Assembly: GCA_965222375.1 (NCBI GenBank)
Contig: CBDCTZ010000016.1
Location: forward strand, 1,792,001 to 1,856,000
Direction of reading: 5' to 3'
Origin: Polyangiaceae bacterium
GTDB lineage: Bacteria; Myxococcota_A; Polyangia; Polyangiales; Polyangiaceae
Length of the DNA stretch: 64,000 nt
The position numbers and the translations under genes were made by a program. Numbering within the stretch: the stretch's first letter is position 1; each line of letters begins with the position of its first letter. Under the pieces are notes generated by a model that worked only from the letters and a program-made list of their open reading frames with translations, was not told where the DNA came from and ran no database searches. This document shows, in pieces, positions 1-9,959 of this stretch.

Positions 1-1
1 G

Positions 2-1906
2 CCCAACCCCGAATGCGACGCGCTGCTTCGGCTCGAGCTGACTGCCCTCGGCGCCACTCCGGAGAAGATCGTCGGTACGGTCGACGTTTGCCCTGCTGGC
101 TTGGTGCTCAGTGAGGGCAAGTGCACCAAGCCCACGGAAAAAGCTCCGTTTCAGTGCCGTGATGGTCAGAAGGACGAATGCGAAGCGCAGTGCAACAAGG
201 ACCATGCGGGCAGCTGCGCCGCTCTGGGGTTCATGTACTTCGGCAATCACGGCGTGAAGGCAGATGCCGAGAAGGCCGTGGCCCTCTCGATGAAAGCTTG
301 CACCGGGGGCAGCGCCCGGGGCTGCAACAACCTTGGCTTTTCCTACGACAAAGCGACCGTCTTGCCGCGGGATGAGAAGAAGGCCGAGGAACTCTTCAGC
401 CGAGCTTGTGAGGGTGGTTTCCCGATGGGTTGCACGAACCTGGGCGTGCTGCTCGAGCGCACACTGCAGGACTACCCACGTGCCAACGACTTGTACACGC
501 GCGGCTGCAACGGAGGAGAGGCGGCGGGCTGTCACTACCTCGCGGTGAATCTCGAGGCCGGCAAAGGCACACCAAAAGATGCACAACGCGCCAATGCTCT
601 GTACCGCCGTGCCTGCGCCGGCAAGTGGGGGGACAGCTGCACGAACCTCGGCGTCAACCTGCTCCGGGGCGATGGCATCGACAAGGACGTGCAGGCCGCG
701 GTTGAGCAATTGAAAAAGGGCTGCAATCAGGGCGCGGGTAGCGCGTGCCGCAACTTGGCCGCCGCCTACCACAAGGGCGTTGGAGTCTCGGCAGATCCGG
801 CCAAAGCGATTTCGCTGTATGAGAAGGCTTGCGAGAAGAAGGACCGAGACAGCTGCGGCCGTCTAGTGACGGTGCATTGGATGGGAGTCGGCGTCCCCAA
901 GAACATGGATCGAGGGGCCGAGCTTGCGAAGAAGGCCTGTGACGGCGGGGGAGCCGAAGGCTGCAAGCTCTTGGCGGTTGGGCACTTCTTGGGGTTGGGC
1001 TTGGCGAAAGACCCCAAGCAAGCCGCCGCTCCGCTGACCAAGGCGTGCGCAGCCGGGGATGGTCAGGCCTGCGCTGCCCTCGGCCTCATGCACCGCTTCG
1101 GTCGCGGCAAGGCGAAGAGCCCGCTGCAAGCCGCGGGCTTGTTCGAGCAGGCGTGCAACAAGCGCTACGACTACGGTTGTCACTTGCTCGGCATGCTCTA
1201 TACCCAGGGTGAAGGCGTTGCGGCGGATGCGACTCGTGGCGAGACGCTACGCAAGAAGGCGTGCAGCTTGGGCTATGGCCCGGGTTGCAGCAGCCCGCAA
1301 ACCGATGGTCTTGGCGGCAAGGACATCGACAAAGATGTCAAGCTGCGAGCCGAGGTCAAAAAGGTCTACGCTGCAGCGTCGGTGCCGCCGCAGAAAGAGG
1401 ACGAGATTACCAAGTTGCTCGAAGGGGCGCTCGGTAAGTCGACCGACAAGAAGACCAAGCCAGGCTCCACCGACTCCTTCCGCGGGTCGGCTCGCAAACA
1501 CACTCGGGCAGGAGCTACGGCGGACCGGCCCAGTCGAAACGACATCAAGCGCCCGCTCGTTCGTGCGCGGTTCGGCGCCATGGCCTGCTATCGGCAGTCG
1601 GCTCGCGACAATCCGGACATCAAGGGTGGCATGATGAAGTTGCGCATTCAGATCGCGCCGAACGGCCGCGCCAGATCCGTGACGGCAACGGCGGATCCGA
1701 TCGGGGATGAGGCTCTCTTGAAGTGTGTGCAGCGTCGGTTCAAGGCCGCGCGCTTTCCCAAGCTGGTGAAACCGTTGACGGTCGTCTACCCGATTCGGTT
1801 CAAGCCCCCGCCCAAACCTCTCAGTATCAGCACCCGCTGTGCGTGTTCTGGCAGCGAGTACAACGTGATCTGCGCTCTCGAGTGCCAAGAGATAGGCCGT
1901 CGCTAG
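2..1906 (+). CDS. Sel1-like (TPR) repeat protein with C-terminal AgmX/PglI/TonB-C-like domain; 5'-partial
   Basis: About 10 repeats of the type AC..G....C..LG..Y..G.GV..D. C-terminal CY...G.M.LRIQI..NG...CV...F.FP...V.YPI.F pattern. The frame is open back to base 2, so the true start lies outside the window. Confidence 0.85.
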   Translation, partial: PNPECDALLRLELTALGATPEKIVGTVDVCPAGLVLSEGKCTKPTEKAPFQCRDGQKDECEAQCNKDHAGSCAALGFMYFGNHGVKADAEKAVALSMKACTGGSARGCNNLGFSYDKATVLPRDEKKAEELFSRACEGGFPMGCTNLGVLLERTLQDYPRANDLYTRGCNGGEAAGCHYLAVNLEAGKGTPKDAQRANALYRRACAGKWGDSCTNLGVNLLRGDGIDKDVQAAVEQLKKGCNQGAGSACRNLAAAYHKGVGVSADPAKAISLYEKACEKKDRDSCGRLVTVHWMGVGVPKNMDRGAELAKKACDGGGAEGCKLLAVGHFLGLGLAKDPKQAAAPLTKACAAGDGQACAALGLMHRFGRGKAKSPLQAAGLFEQACNKRYDYGCHLLGMLYTQGEGVAADATRGETLRKKACSLGYGPGCSSPQTDGLGGKDIDKDVKLRAEVKKVYAAASVPPQKEDEITKLLEGALGKSTDKKTKPGSTDSFRGSARKHTRAGATADRPSRNDIKRPLVRARFGAMACYRQSARDNPDIKGGMMKLRIQIAPNGRARSVTATADPIGDEALLKCVQRRFKAARFPKLVKPLTVVYPIRFKPPPKPLSISTRCACSGSEYNVICALECQEIGRR

Positions 1907-2721
1907 TGAGCACTATCACCAACAAGGTCGTTGTCATCACGGGCGGGGCCTCCGGCATTGGAAAAGCCGTCGCGCGGGAACTCGGAGAAGCGGGCAACGC
2001 GCTGGTTCTTGCAGATGTGAACCAAGCCGAGCTTGATGCAACCGTCAGCGAATTCACACGAGCCGGACTCGGCGTCGAGTGCAAGATCGTGGATGTGCGG
2101 GATCCGGCAGCAGTGCAGTCCCTAGTCGACGGTGCAGTTTCCGAGCACGGGCGCATCGACTACATGTTCAACAACGCGGGGATCAACATTGCCGGTGAGC
2201 TGAGGGATACGAGCCTCGACGACTGGAACCGGCTCATCGACGTAAACCTCCGCGGGGTCGTTCATGGCGTCCACGCCGCTTATCCCGTCATGCGAGAGCA
2301 GGGTTTTGGGCACATCGTCAACACAGCGTCCCTTGCGGGCATCACGCCGGCGATGATGGAGGGCGCGTACGGTGCGACGAAACATGCCGTGGTTGGTTTG
2401 TCGACGGTGCTTCGCGCTGAAGCGGAGGCTTTCGGCGTGCAATGCAGCGTGATCTGCCCGGGAGTCATCGAAACACCCATGGTGCACTCTTCTGAGCTTC
2501 GCCGGTTTGAAATCAAGGATGCCCTCGAAGCGCTGCCTCAGAAACCGATGCCGGTCGACAAGTGCGCCAAGATCATCGTGCGCGGGGTCGAGAGGAACGA
2601 TGCCTTCATCTTGGTTACGGCAACGGCCCACGCGCTGTGGCGCCTGTATCGAGTCGCTCCGCAGACGTCGTTGGCCCTTGGCAAGCCTCTTTTGAAGAAG
2701 ATGCGTGCGGTGCGGACCTAG
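1906..2721 (+). CDS. Short-chain dehydrogenase/reductase (SDR)
   Basis: TGGASGIG, NNAG and YGATK catalytic motifs; GTG start overlaps the upstream TAG. Confidence 0.93.
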   Translation: MSTITNKVVVITGGASGIGKAVARELGEAGNALVLADVNQAELDATVSEFTRAGLGVECKIVDVRDPAAVQSLVDGAVSEHGRIDYMFNNAGINIAGELRDTSLDDWNRLIDVNLRGVVHGVHAAYPVMREQGFGHIVNTASLAGITPAMMEGAYGATKHAVVGLSTVLRAEAEAFGVQCSVICPGVIETPMVHSSELRRFEIKDALEALPQKPMPVDKCAKIIVRGVERNDAFILVTATAHALWRLYRVAPQTSLALGKPLLKKMRAVRT

Positions 2722-2782
2722 CCCTCGGCCTTCGCGCCCGGCGCATGAGCCAAGGTCTCGACACGGGCGCCTGGCAACTCGA

Positions 2783-2870
2783 GGCCTACGTCGAGAGTGG
2801 TGGCCCAACGCCGCACCTGTGATGACGCGCTTCGTGATACCGGAAGGGGTGCGACCCCCCAAAACCAATC
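2783..2870. repeat. Dispersed intergenic repeat family A, copy 1
   Basis: GGCC..GAGTGGTGGCCC...GACGCGCTTCGTGATACCGGAAGGGGTGCGACCCCCCAAAACCAA; matches 41219-41310. Confidence 0.75.
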
Positions 2871-2923
2871 TGCTGAGCCCGGGCCAACGACTCGTCTTGA
2901 CCGGTGGATGCTAGGCTGCACGC

Positions 2924-3853
2924 ATGCGCGTGCTCTTCTTCGGCGCGGGGGCGTTCGGGACCCTATTCGCCACGAAGCTATGCGCTACGGGACACGACGT
3001 GTCGATTCTGGCTCGAGGCGCCCGCCTGGAATCGATCCGGCGCGATGGTCTCCGAATCCGAGAGCGCACGTCAGGCGAAGAGCTGACCGCGCACCCCACC
3101 GTTGTCACGGGGGTCGGCCACGAGAACTCCTACGATCTCGTGATCGTATTGGTTCGCCGCGCCCAGGTGGATGACGTGTTGCATCAGATAGCGCGCGACC
3201 ACACTGGCGACACACTCGTGATGGTGAACGAAGCGCGTGGCTACGAACCCTGGCGCCAGATCCTCGGAGATCGCTTCATGGTCGGATTCGGGGGCGCCGT
3301 GGCGTCCTTCGATGACGCGGGCGTGCTGCTCTACAAGCTCGCGCCGAAGGCCGTGCAGCCGACGGTCATTGGCGAACCCGACGGCACGATCACAGACCGT
3401 CTGACGCGTGTCGCGGAGGCAATCCGAAACGCGGGGTTTCCTGCCCAGGTCCGTCGAGACATGGAAGCATGGCAGCGCACTCATGCAGCGTGGATCGTAC
3501 CTTTCATGTTGGTGTCGGCGGCCGCGGCCAAACGCGGTGCGGTACGGATCGATGCGGACGCTGCGCGCACCTGGGTGCGGGCGACCCGGGAAAGCCTCAT
3601 AGCCGTCAAAGCCTCCGGGACACCCTTGGTGCCACTGCCGTTTCGCGCGCTGCTGGCGGTTCCGGGCTCCGTGACCACAGGTCTGTTGCGCGCCGCCCTG
3701 CACAGCAACGGCTTCCGCCGTCAAATAGAAGCGTCCGGCGCGCTTTCTGCACAGGAAGGTCTAACCCTCGCGGCGGATCTGGAAGCTGTCGCGGGCCGTC
3801 CGCTACCGAACCTCGCTGCGCTCGCGGCCGCGGTGACGGGCGCCGCTTCCTGA
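2924..3853 (+). CDS. Ketopantoate reductase (ApbA/PanE) family protein
   Basis: N-terminal GAGAFG Rossmann motif, DLVIVLVR and IGEPDG segments, about 310 aa. Confidence 0.8.
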   Translation: MRVLFFGAGAFGTLFATKLCATGHDVSILARGARLESIRRDGLRIRERTSGEELTAHPTVVTGVGHENSYDLVIVLVRRAQVDDVLHQIARDHTGDTLVMVNEARGYEPWRQILGDRFMVGFGGAVASFDDAGVLLYKLAPKAVQPTVIGEPDGTITDRLTRVAEAIRNAGFPAQVRRDMEAWQRTHAAWIVPFMLVSAAAAKRGAVRIDADAARTWVRATRESLIAVKASGTPLVPLPFRALLAVPGSVTTGLLRAALHSNGFRRQIEASGALSAQEGLTLAADLEAVAGRPLPNLAALAAAVTGAAS

Positions 3854-3908
3854 GAAGACGAATTGGCGGCTAGTTGCCCTGGTGGAGGATTGCGAGGACA
3901 CTGAGTCG

Positions 3909-4643
3909 ATGGGCAACTGGATCGCAAAAGGGTGCCGTGGGCTCATGATGCTTGGGGCAATGCTGCTGGTGTTGGGGGCGGTGGTCAGCGCTGCGCCAGC
4001 ACAAACGAAAATCCAAGCACCCACGAGTGGTCCCACCGTGCCGGGCCCGGGCGCGCCTGGCGACACCGTCGTGGCTCTCGAGGTCGAGTCCCAAAGCGAG
4101 GCCGGTGAGGAGGCCGCACACGAGGATGCGACGAACGAGGCGCTCTGCGTGCCAAGGGCTGAATGCGCGGGTTTCGAGCAATGGGCGCAGCAGTGCAAAC
4201 CGCTGCTGAAGTGGCGCAAGCAGTGCCGGCGGTACCTCACATGGCGCAAGACCTGCAAAAGCTATCGCCGGTGGCGGAAGCAGTGTCGTCGATACGTGAC
4301 TTGGAAGAAGACCTGTAAGTCCTACGTCAAGTGGCACAAGAAGTGTCGTCGCTACCTGACTTGGAAGCGCAAGTGTGGCGTGGACGAGAACGGCAACGTG
4401 AAGTGCAAGAGGGTCCCGAAGTTCAAGACGACCTGCAAGAAGATCCCGAAGAAATTCACCAAGTGCAAGACGAAGCCGAAGTTCGTCAAGCGCTGTCGGG
4501 TGACGCCGACGCACTTCACCAAGTGCAAGAAGACGCCGAAGTGGAAGAAGGTCTGTCGACGCGTCCCGCAGGTTACCAGGCGCTGCAAAGGCGCGAAGAA
4601 ATGGAACGTAGCCCGTTGCAGCGTCAATCCGGTCTGCAAGTAG
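3909..4643 (+). CDS. Secreted Lys/Arg-rich protein with 10-residue Cys periodicity (hypothetical)
   Basis: Signal peptide-like MGNW...VSAAPA, acidic spacer, then 18 Cys mostly every 10 residues; GC-rich third codon positions. Confidence 0.75.
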   Translation: MGNWIAKGCRGLMMLGAMLLVLGAVVSAAPAQTKIQAPTSGPTVPGPGAPGDTVVALEVESQSEAGEEAAHEDATNEALCVPRAECAGFEQWAQQCKPLLKWRKQCRRYLTWRKTCKSYRRWRKQCRRYVTWKKTCKSYVKWHKKCRRYLTWKRKCGVDENGNVKCKRVPKFKTTCKKIPKKFTKCKTKPKFVKRCRVTPTHFTKCKKTPKWKKVCRRVPQVTRRCKGAKKWNVARCSVNPVCK

Positions 4644-4657
4644 TGGTAGTCGTCAAG

Positions 4658-6883
4658 CTAGATCAACTGCCCCGCGAAGGGACCAGCACTTTGCACCAAC
4701 ACGGCGTTGCGGAAGCCGCCTACGAATTCGTTTAGGCGCTCTGCGTAGGCCTCCTCTTCCCCGGGTGGTGTCACGGCAAGGCCCAGGAAGACGAGGTCTG
4801 CGTCACGACTCGCCTCATGCATCATCTCCGCAAAGCTGGCGCTCGGCTCCTTGACGATCACCTCGCTCAGCGCGGGAATGCGCGCGTCGGTGGCCATGTC
4901 ATCCAGGGCCTTCTGCTGATCGGAGCGCTCTTGTTCATCGTTGACGATGGTACGTAGCGTGATGTGTGCACGGCGCCACGCCGGGTTCTGGGTGAGTAGA
5001 TGCGCCAGTAGCAGCATCAGGTCACCGTTGTGCTGCTTGCCACGCCACCACACGTCGATGCGTCGGGGTTCGACTAGCGCCGTGCCGAAGTCCTGAAGCT
5101 TCGCGATCAAGGTGTTGCGGCGAATGCGCGCCAGCGTGCGGGTGATGCGAAGCACGCGCGAAACGCCCTCCCCACCCGGCCAACCGAACATCACCGTGTT
5201 CGACTGCAGGCCCGCGAAGCCGTTGGCCTGGGCGATGCCGATGACGCCGCTCTCGAATTCGGGGACGACATCGACCTCCGAGAACGCGACGAGGCGTTCC
5301 TTGTGAAAGCTCTCGTCCATCTCTCGCCGCAGCTTGAAGGTGTCCGCGCCCTTATCCTCCAGATTGCCGACCACGGCTTGGCAAACGGTCACGATCCCGC
5401 GCTGGCTGTTGAACCAGGTTGCCAACCGCACCAAGCCCAAGCGGCTGGCCGGGTTTGCGGTGAAGAGCAGGATGTTCGGCCGCCAGTTGCGAGCGTCGGG
5501 CTTGGCGCCTTTCAAGTTGAGTAGTGCGTAGCGCGCCAGCGCCATCCACATGCCCGCTCGCACGTCTCCCCATTGGCTCTCTGTTGCTCTGCGCCTCAGG
5601 TAGGCGTAGAGCAAAGCTTCTAGAGCGATCGCCGAGACGCAGGCGATCGGACTGATCAAGAACATCACCACGACCGCGCCGATGGCTCCGGTCAAGTTCA
5701 CCACCCATGGGATCTTGATCGTGGGTCGGTACGATGGATCGCCTACGAGGGTCTCGATGGCGGCCGAGAGATTGATCGTCACATACAGCGTGAGGAAGAA
5801 TATGGTGACCCAACGGCCCACGGCGTTGAGATCACCGAGAGCCACCGCTGCCAGTGCTATTCCACCGGTCGCCCAAGTAGCGATGGTGGGCTGCCCCGTC
5901 TTGCTCACTCGAGAAAGGAAGCGAGGCGCCAGGCGGTCGCTCGCCAGCGCCTGCAAGACACGCGGCCCGCCCAAAGCGCTACCGAACGCCGAAGACAGAA
6001 TCGCCCCCCACATGCCTGGGTAGATCAAGAACACGCCAAAGACCGCAATGCTCGTCCAGATCGGCGGTGCAGTCGGGTCGACCCTTGCGAGATCCGCGCC
6101 GGTTACTGCCGCGTTCGCGCCCAACACCAGAGGCACCACCAAGTACACTGCCGTCCCAGTCGCCACTGCGAGCAATGTTCCCCTCGGAATCGAGCGCTTC
6201 GGATCCTTGAGATCCCCACTCATGCCGATCCCCGCAGTGAACCCCGTCACCGCAGGAAAGAACACGGCGAATACGTACCAAAAGCCCTCGTTGGCCGAGC
6301 GTTCATAGTGCGGGCTCATCTCTGGCGCAGTGAAACCGTGCAGGCCGGCGCCCACTAGGAGTGCCACCACGCTCGCGCCCACGAGCATCATGATTGGCAA
6401 CTGCAGCTTCAACGACAGATCCGCGCTCTTGCCCGCGATAGCCGTTGCTGCGACGACGATCACCGCCGCCATCGGTTGAATTGGCGCAGCACCCCACGCC
6501 GCGGGCCAGAGGGGCGCTAGAGACTCAGCCAAACCAAAGCAGTACAGGGTCAAGCTGAGGGTTCGACACATGAACAGCGGGATGCCGATGGCACCACCCA
6601 GTTCCAAACCCAGGCTGCGGGAGACCATGAAGTACTCGCCGCCGACGCCGACGTGCATGTTCGTCGCGATGGCAGAGGCCGAAAGTCCGGTGATGAACGT
6701 AATGCTGCTGGCCATCAGCACGACCAGCAGCGTCAAGGGCAGGCCCAAGTTGCCCACGACCCAGCCGAAGCGCAGGTACATCATCACGCCGAGAATCGTG
6801 AGCAGACTCGGCGTGTAGACCCCCAAGAACGTCCCAAACTTCTTGTGGGCCGGAATGGACACAGGAGGGGCGAGTTCGTTCAT
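4658..6883 (-). CDS. Cation-chloride cotransporter (SLC12/APC amino-acid-permease superfamily) with cytosolic C-terminal domain
   Basis: FGTFLGVYTPSLLTILGVMMYLR, GGEYFMVSRSLG.E.GGAIG, FFPAVTG..AG..MSGDL.DP.RSIP.GT, NWRPNIL and IDVWW motifs typical of NKCC/KCC homologues. Confidence 0.9.
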   Translation of the reverse strand: MNELAPPVSIPAHKKFGTFLGVYTPSLLTILGVMMYLRFGWVVGNLGLPLTLLVVLMASSITFITGLSASAIATNMHVGVGGEYFMVSRSLGLELGGAIGIPLFMCRTLSLTLYCFGLAESLAPLWPAAWGAAPIQPMAAVIVVAATAIAGKSADLSLKLQLPIMMLVGASVVALLVGAGLHGFTAPEMSPHYERSANEGFWYVFAVFFPAVTGFTAGIGMSGDLKDPKRSIPRGTLLAVATGTAVYLVVPLVLGANAAVTGADLARVDPTAPPIWTSIAVFGVFLIYPGMWGAILSSAFGSALGGPRVLQALASDRLAPRFLSRVSKTGQPTIATWATGGIALAAVALGDLNAVGRWVTIFFLTLYVTINLSAAIETLVGDPSYRPTIKIPWVVNLTGAIGAVVVMFLISPIACVSAIALEALLYAYLRRRATESQWGDVRAGMWMALARYALLNLKGAKPDARNWRPNILLFTANPASRLGLVRLATWFNSQRGIVTVCQAVVGNLEDKGADTFKLRREMDESFHKERLVAFSEVDVVPEFESGVIGIAQANGFAGLQSNTVMFGWPGGEGVSRVLRITRTLARIRRNTLIAKLQDFGTALVEPRRIDVWWRGKQHNGDLMLLLAHLLTQNPAWRRAHITLRTIVNDEQERSDQQKALDDMATDARIPALSEVIVKEPSASFAEMMHEASRDADLVFLGLAVTPPGEEEAYAERLNEFVGGFRNAVLVQSAGPFAGQLI

Positions 6884-7017
6884 GACGTGCGCGCCGCCCG
6901 GGCGCGGCGTCGCGTCATACTATGAATGTGCGTGGGGAGTCAGCGTTCCTGCGCAGGCTGCGGCAAAGTCGCGCAGTCGCCCTTCCGAAGCGGAAAAATC
7001 GCTTGCGAAGACCGACC

Positions 7018-8433
7018 TCACTCGGCGGCCGCTGCGTGCGCTCGCGGGCGGACCGGAGACTGAAGCAAGTCCAGGGCCGCGATCCGAAAGGCTTCGGCCA
7101 GACTGGGGAAGACCATGGCTTCGTCAACGAACTTTTCGATGCTGAGCCGACCCAGAGTCGCCATCTGCGCGATGTGTATCAGCTCGGACGCACTTTCGCC
7201 TGCGATCTGGGCTCCAACGATTCTGTCCGCGGGGTCGGCAACGAGTTTCAGATGGCCTCGTACGTTGTCGGAGATTTGACCCCGCGCTACTTCGGCAAAG
7301 CGAGCGCTCCCCGTGCGCGCGTCTCCGAACTCAGTCACCGCTTGCGCTTCGGTCAGACCAATGCTGGAGATTTCCGGGATCGTGAAGATGCTGGTTGGCA
7401 CCGACGAGGCCGGGTGCTCGATGGGAACCCCGAGGGCGTGTTGTGCCGCGCGGTGCCCCTGTTCCACGCTGGTTGAAGCGAGGGCCGGCGGTCCGATGAC
7501 GTCACCCACCGCATAGACGTTCGGTGCGCTGGTTCGGAAGTGTCGATCGACCTGCACATGGCCGCGATGATTGAGCTGCACCCCGGCTCGTTCGAGGCCG
7601 AGTCCCCGCACATTCGCGTTGCGGCCAAGTGCGCACAGTACCTTGTCCGCCGCGATCACGCTTCCGTTGCTCAGGCTGACATCCACGCCGTAGAGCCCGT
7701 TCCATGCAGCCCCATCAACCCGCGCACCGCCGAGATAGCTGCCCTGTCGCGCTGCGAACTCGTCCACGAAGCAGCTGACGAGATCGGGATCCAGAAAGGC
7801 CAACGGCGCCCGCTCTGTGTGCACCATCGTGACCGGCACCCCCAAGGCACTGAAGATGGACGCGTATTCACACGCAATGACCCCAGAGCCCAGCACCACA
7901 AGCGACCGCGGCACGTACTTCAGTTCTAGGATGGAAGTAGTGTCCAGAATGTGTTGGTGATCGACGCTCACATTGTCAGGGGCCCGGGGTGACGACCCCG
8001 TCGCGATGAAGAAGTTGTCAGCAGTGATTCGACTACTTCTGCCGGCGGCGTCGCGCGCTTCGACCTCCCGGTGGCTTCGAAACCTTGCCGTTCCACCGCG
8101 AAGTTCGACGCCAGTGCGCGCCAGCTGGCCTCGCATGTAGGCTTCATGTGCATCGACGACTGCGTCTTTTCGAGGGAGCAAACTCGCAAAGAGCGTGTTC
8201 TCGGAAAGCCATGAAGTCGCACTACGCCCCGTCAAGCGCCGTAGTTTGTCGAAAGTGATCGCGACTTCTCTTAGCGTCTTGCTTGGCACGGCGCCATGAC
8301 GCACGCAGGCGCCACCGACGCCCTTGTCGCGATCTATGAGAGCCACGTGTTGGCCATGCTCGGCGCAAGTGATGGCAGCTTTTTGCCCGGCAGGCCCCGA
8401 CCCGATGACGACCGCGTCAAAGTGTTCCGTCAC
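7018..8433 (-). CDS. sthA: Soluble pyridine nucleotide transhydrogenase (class I flavoprotein disulfide reductase family)
   Basis: GSGPAG, GGACVRHGAVPSK (single Cys, as in SthA), GSGVIACEYAS and VGDVIGPPALAS; start taken at GTG 8433. Confidence 0.8.
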   Translation of the reverse strand: MTEHFDAVVIGSGPAGQKAAITCAEHGQHVALIDRDKGVGGACVRHGAVPSKTLREVAITFDKLRRLTGRSATSWLSENTLFASLLPRKDAVVDAHEAYMRGQLARTGVELRGGTARFRSHREVEARDAAGRSSRITADNFFIATGSSPRAPDNVSVDHQHILDTTSILELKYVPRSLVVLGSGVIACEYASIFSALGVPVTMVHTERAPLAFLDPDLVSCFVDEFAARQGSYLGGARVDGAAWNGLYGVDVSLSNGSVIAADKVLCALGRNANVRGLGLERAGVQLNHRGHVQVDRHFRTSAPNVYAVGDVIGPPALASTSVEQGHRAAQHALGVPIEHPASSVPTSIFTIPEISSIGLTEAQAVTEFGDARTGSARFAEVARGQISDNVRGHLKLVADPADRIVGAQIAGESASELIHIAQMATLGRLSIEKFVDEAMVFPSLAEAFRIAALDLLQSPVRPRAHAAAAE

Positions 8434-8571
8434 AGCATTCCTCGATAGGTTCCCGATGGCTGCCTCCGGATCCCCCGCGTCCGCTCCTCTGCGAAGAGCC
8501 GACAAACGGCGCAGCGACGTGCGTATGAACGAGGGGAACGGCTGTTCGCTGCGAGTCTTGAGTTGCTCAGA

Positions 8572-8720
8572 GGTTTTGTGGCTGCCCCCCTTCGCCCGGC
8601 GTCGGGCCCGGCCCGGGAACGCCCGTGATCCTAGCGACCAACCAAAAAAGCCCGGATGGCCGTGCATCCGGGCCCTCCGGCGGGCGATTCCCCCCCATGC
8701 CCCTCCGGCTCGGGGGGGAT
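8572..8720. repeat. Dispersed intergenic repeat family B, copy 1
   Basis: Blocks GCTGCCCCCCTTCGCCCGGCGTCGGGCCCGGCCC and CCTCCGGCGGGCGATTCCCCCC..CCTCCGGCTCG are shared with 14055-14213. Confidence 0.8.
8644..8673 (-). terminator. Rho-independent terminator downstream of 8725-9087
   Basis: Perfect 9-bp stem GCCCGGATG/CATCCGGGC followed on the minus strand by TTTTTT. Confidence 0.7.
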
Positions 8721-8724
8721 ACGA

Positions 8725-9087
8725 TTATTGCGGAGCAGGGGGATTTGCCAGACACGCCTGTAATTCTGGCGTTTGAGTCCAGCCGCAAGCGCCGTCTGCT
8801 TGTTTCTCACAGCTCGCTTGTTGGTAGCAGGCGTACTCTGGCTTGTACTCGCAGGTGGTAGCCATCTCGCCGGTGGCAAGGGGGTGGTCCGGGGCGACGC
8901 AGGCCGTCCCTGAGCAACCAGCCGTGACGCAACCGCCGGGTCCAGCTCCAGGGGCAACGGGCTGCGTGCTCGTCGGGGGCGGGGGCGGGGGTGGAGCCGG
9001 CCCGGGGCCTGCGGGCGGCCGGTCCGTTTGGTGCGTCTGGCAAGCCAGAGTGGCGAAAAAAACTAGGACGAAAAGGGGGCGATTCAT
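8725..9087 (-). CDS. Small lipoprotein with Pro linker and Cys-cluster domain (eight-cysteine-cluster-like)
   Basis: Lipobox-like LAC, poly-Pro linker, then C..GCSG..C...TTCE.....CY....C......CGW. Confidence 0.7.
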   Translation of the reverse strand: MNRPLFVLVFFATLACQTHQTDRPPAGPGPAPPPPPPPTSTQPVAPGAGPGGCVTAGCSGTACVAPDHPLATGEMATTCEYKPEYACYQQASCEKQADGACGWTQTPELQACLANPPAPQ

Positions 9088-9149
9088 CGTGGTTCTCGCA
9101 AAACGTTCCGGACAAAGTGAGCTTACAGCAGAGGTCATCGCGAGGCTGG

Positions 9150-9908
9150 CTACCAGTCCATGCAGCTGAGGCACGTCATCGCGAATACACGCTCAGTCAG
9201 GCCATCGATACGTTTCCGCATGGCAAGCAAGTCGTTTTTCGCCATGTGCTCGTCAATCTGTGACTCCAACGCCTTGACACGCCGATTGAGGAAATCGACA
9301 TGGGCCCGGACCCGAGCGCTGTAGCGTCGTGCTTGCTCGGAGGAACCCGGGCAAAGGGGCACGAGGTCCTTGATTTGCGACTTGGCGTTGGGCAACTCCT
9401 CGAGCACTGGGGTCCAGCGTGCCTCGCACTCTTTGTCGTCGGAACGGCAGTCGAGGGGCAACGCAGCTTCGAGCTTGGCTAGGCTCTCGTGCGCCTTGGG
9501 TACGCGTTTGGCGAGTTGCTCGAACATCTGCCGGGCGACACCCTCGGCATCCGCCGGGACATCGAGGGACGGTAGGTCCCGCTCCCAGTCGGCACTGGCT
9601 CGCGTTGCAGGTGGCGGTGCGGAATCGTCGCTGTCGGCATCGTCGTCGATGGGGGGCACGCTCACAGCGGACTGCGGGTGCGCGGCGGGCTCCCGGGGCT
9701 GCCCGGCGCAGCCGCTGAGCGCCAACAGCGCCGTGCCGACGAAATGGGCGCGGCGTCGAAGTATCGTGTCGCGATCTGCGGTGGGAGCCATGGCCGCAAT
9801 TGGTATCGCCTCGCCTCCGGCGGAGCAAGGCGGTAGCGTCCGGGCTGGCGCCTCGTCGAGGATCTCCTTGACCATGTCGTCGGCGCGGGGAGCTGCCAGT
9901 GGCATCAA
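9150..9908 (-). CDS. Hypothetical lipoprotein (start uncertain, possibly 9791)
   Basis: RRRAHFVGTALLALSGC signal/lipobox; helical body; ends in CLSC. Confidence 0.6.
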   Translation of the reverse strand: MMPLAAPRADDMVKEILDEAPARTLPPCSAGGEAIPIAAMAPTADRDTILRRRAHFVGTALLALSGCAGQPREPAAHPQSAVSVPPIDDDADSDDSAPPPATRASADWERDLPSLDVPADAEGVARQMFEQLAKRVPKAHESLAKLEAALPLDCRSDDKECEARWTPVLEELPNAKSQIKDLVPLCPGSSEQARRYSARVRAHVDFLNRRVKALESQIDEHMAKNDLLAMRKRIDGLTERVFAMTCLSCMDW

Positions 9909-9959
9909 TAGCGTTCTCGCGATCGGCTGCTTCGTGCGTTTACCCCTCGGTGCGTCGGC

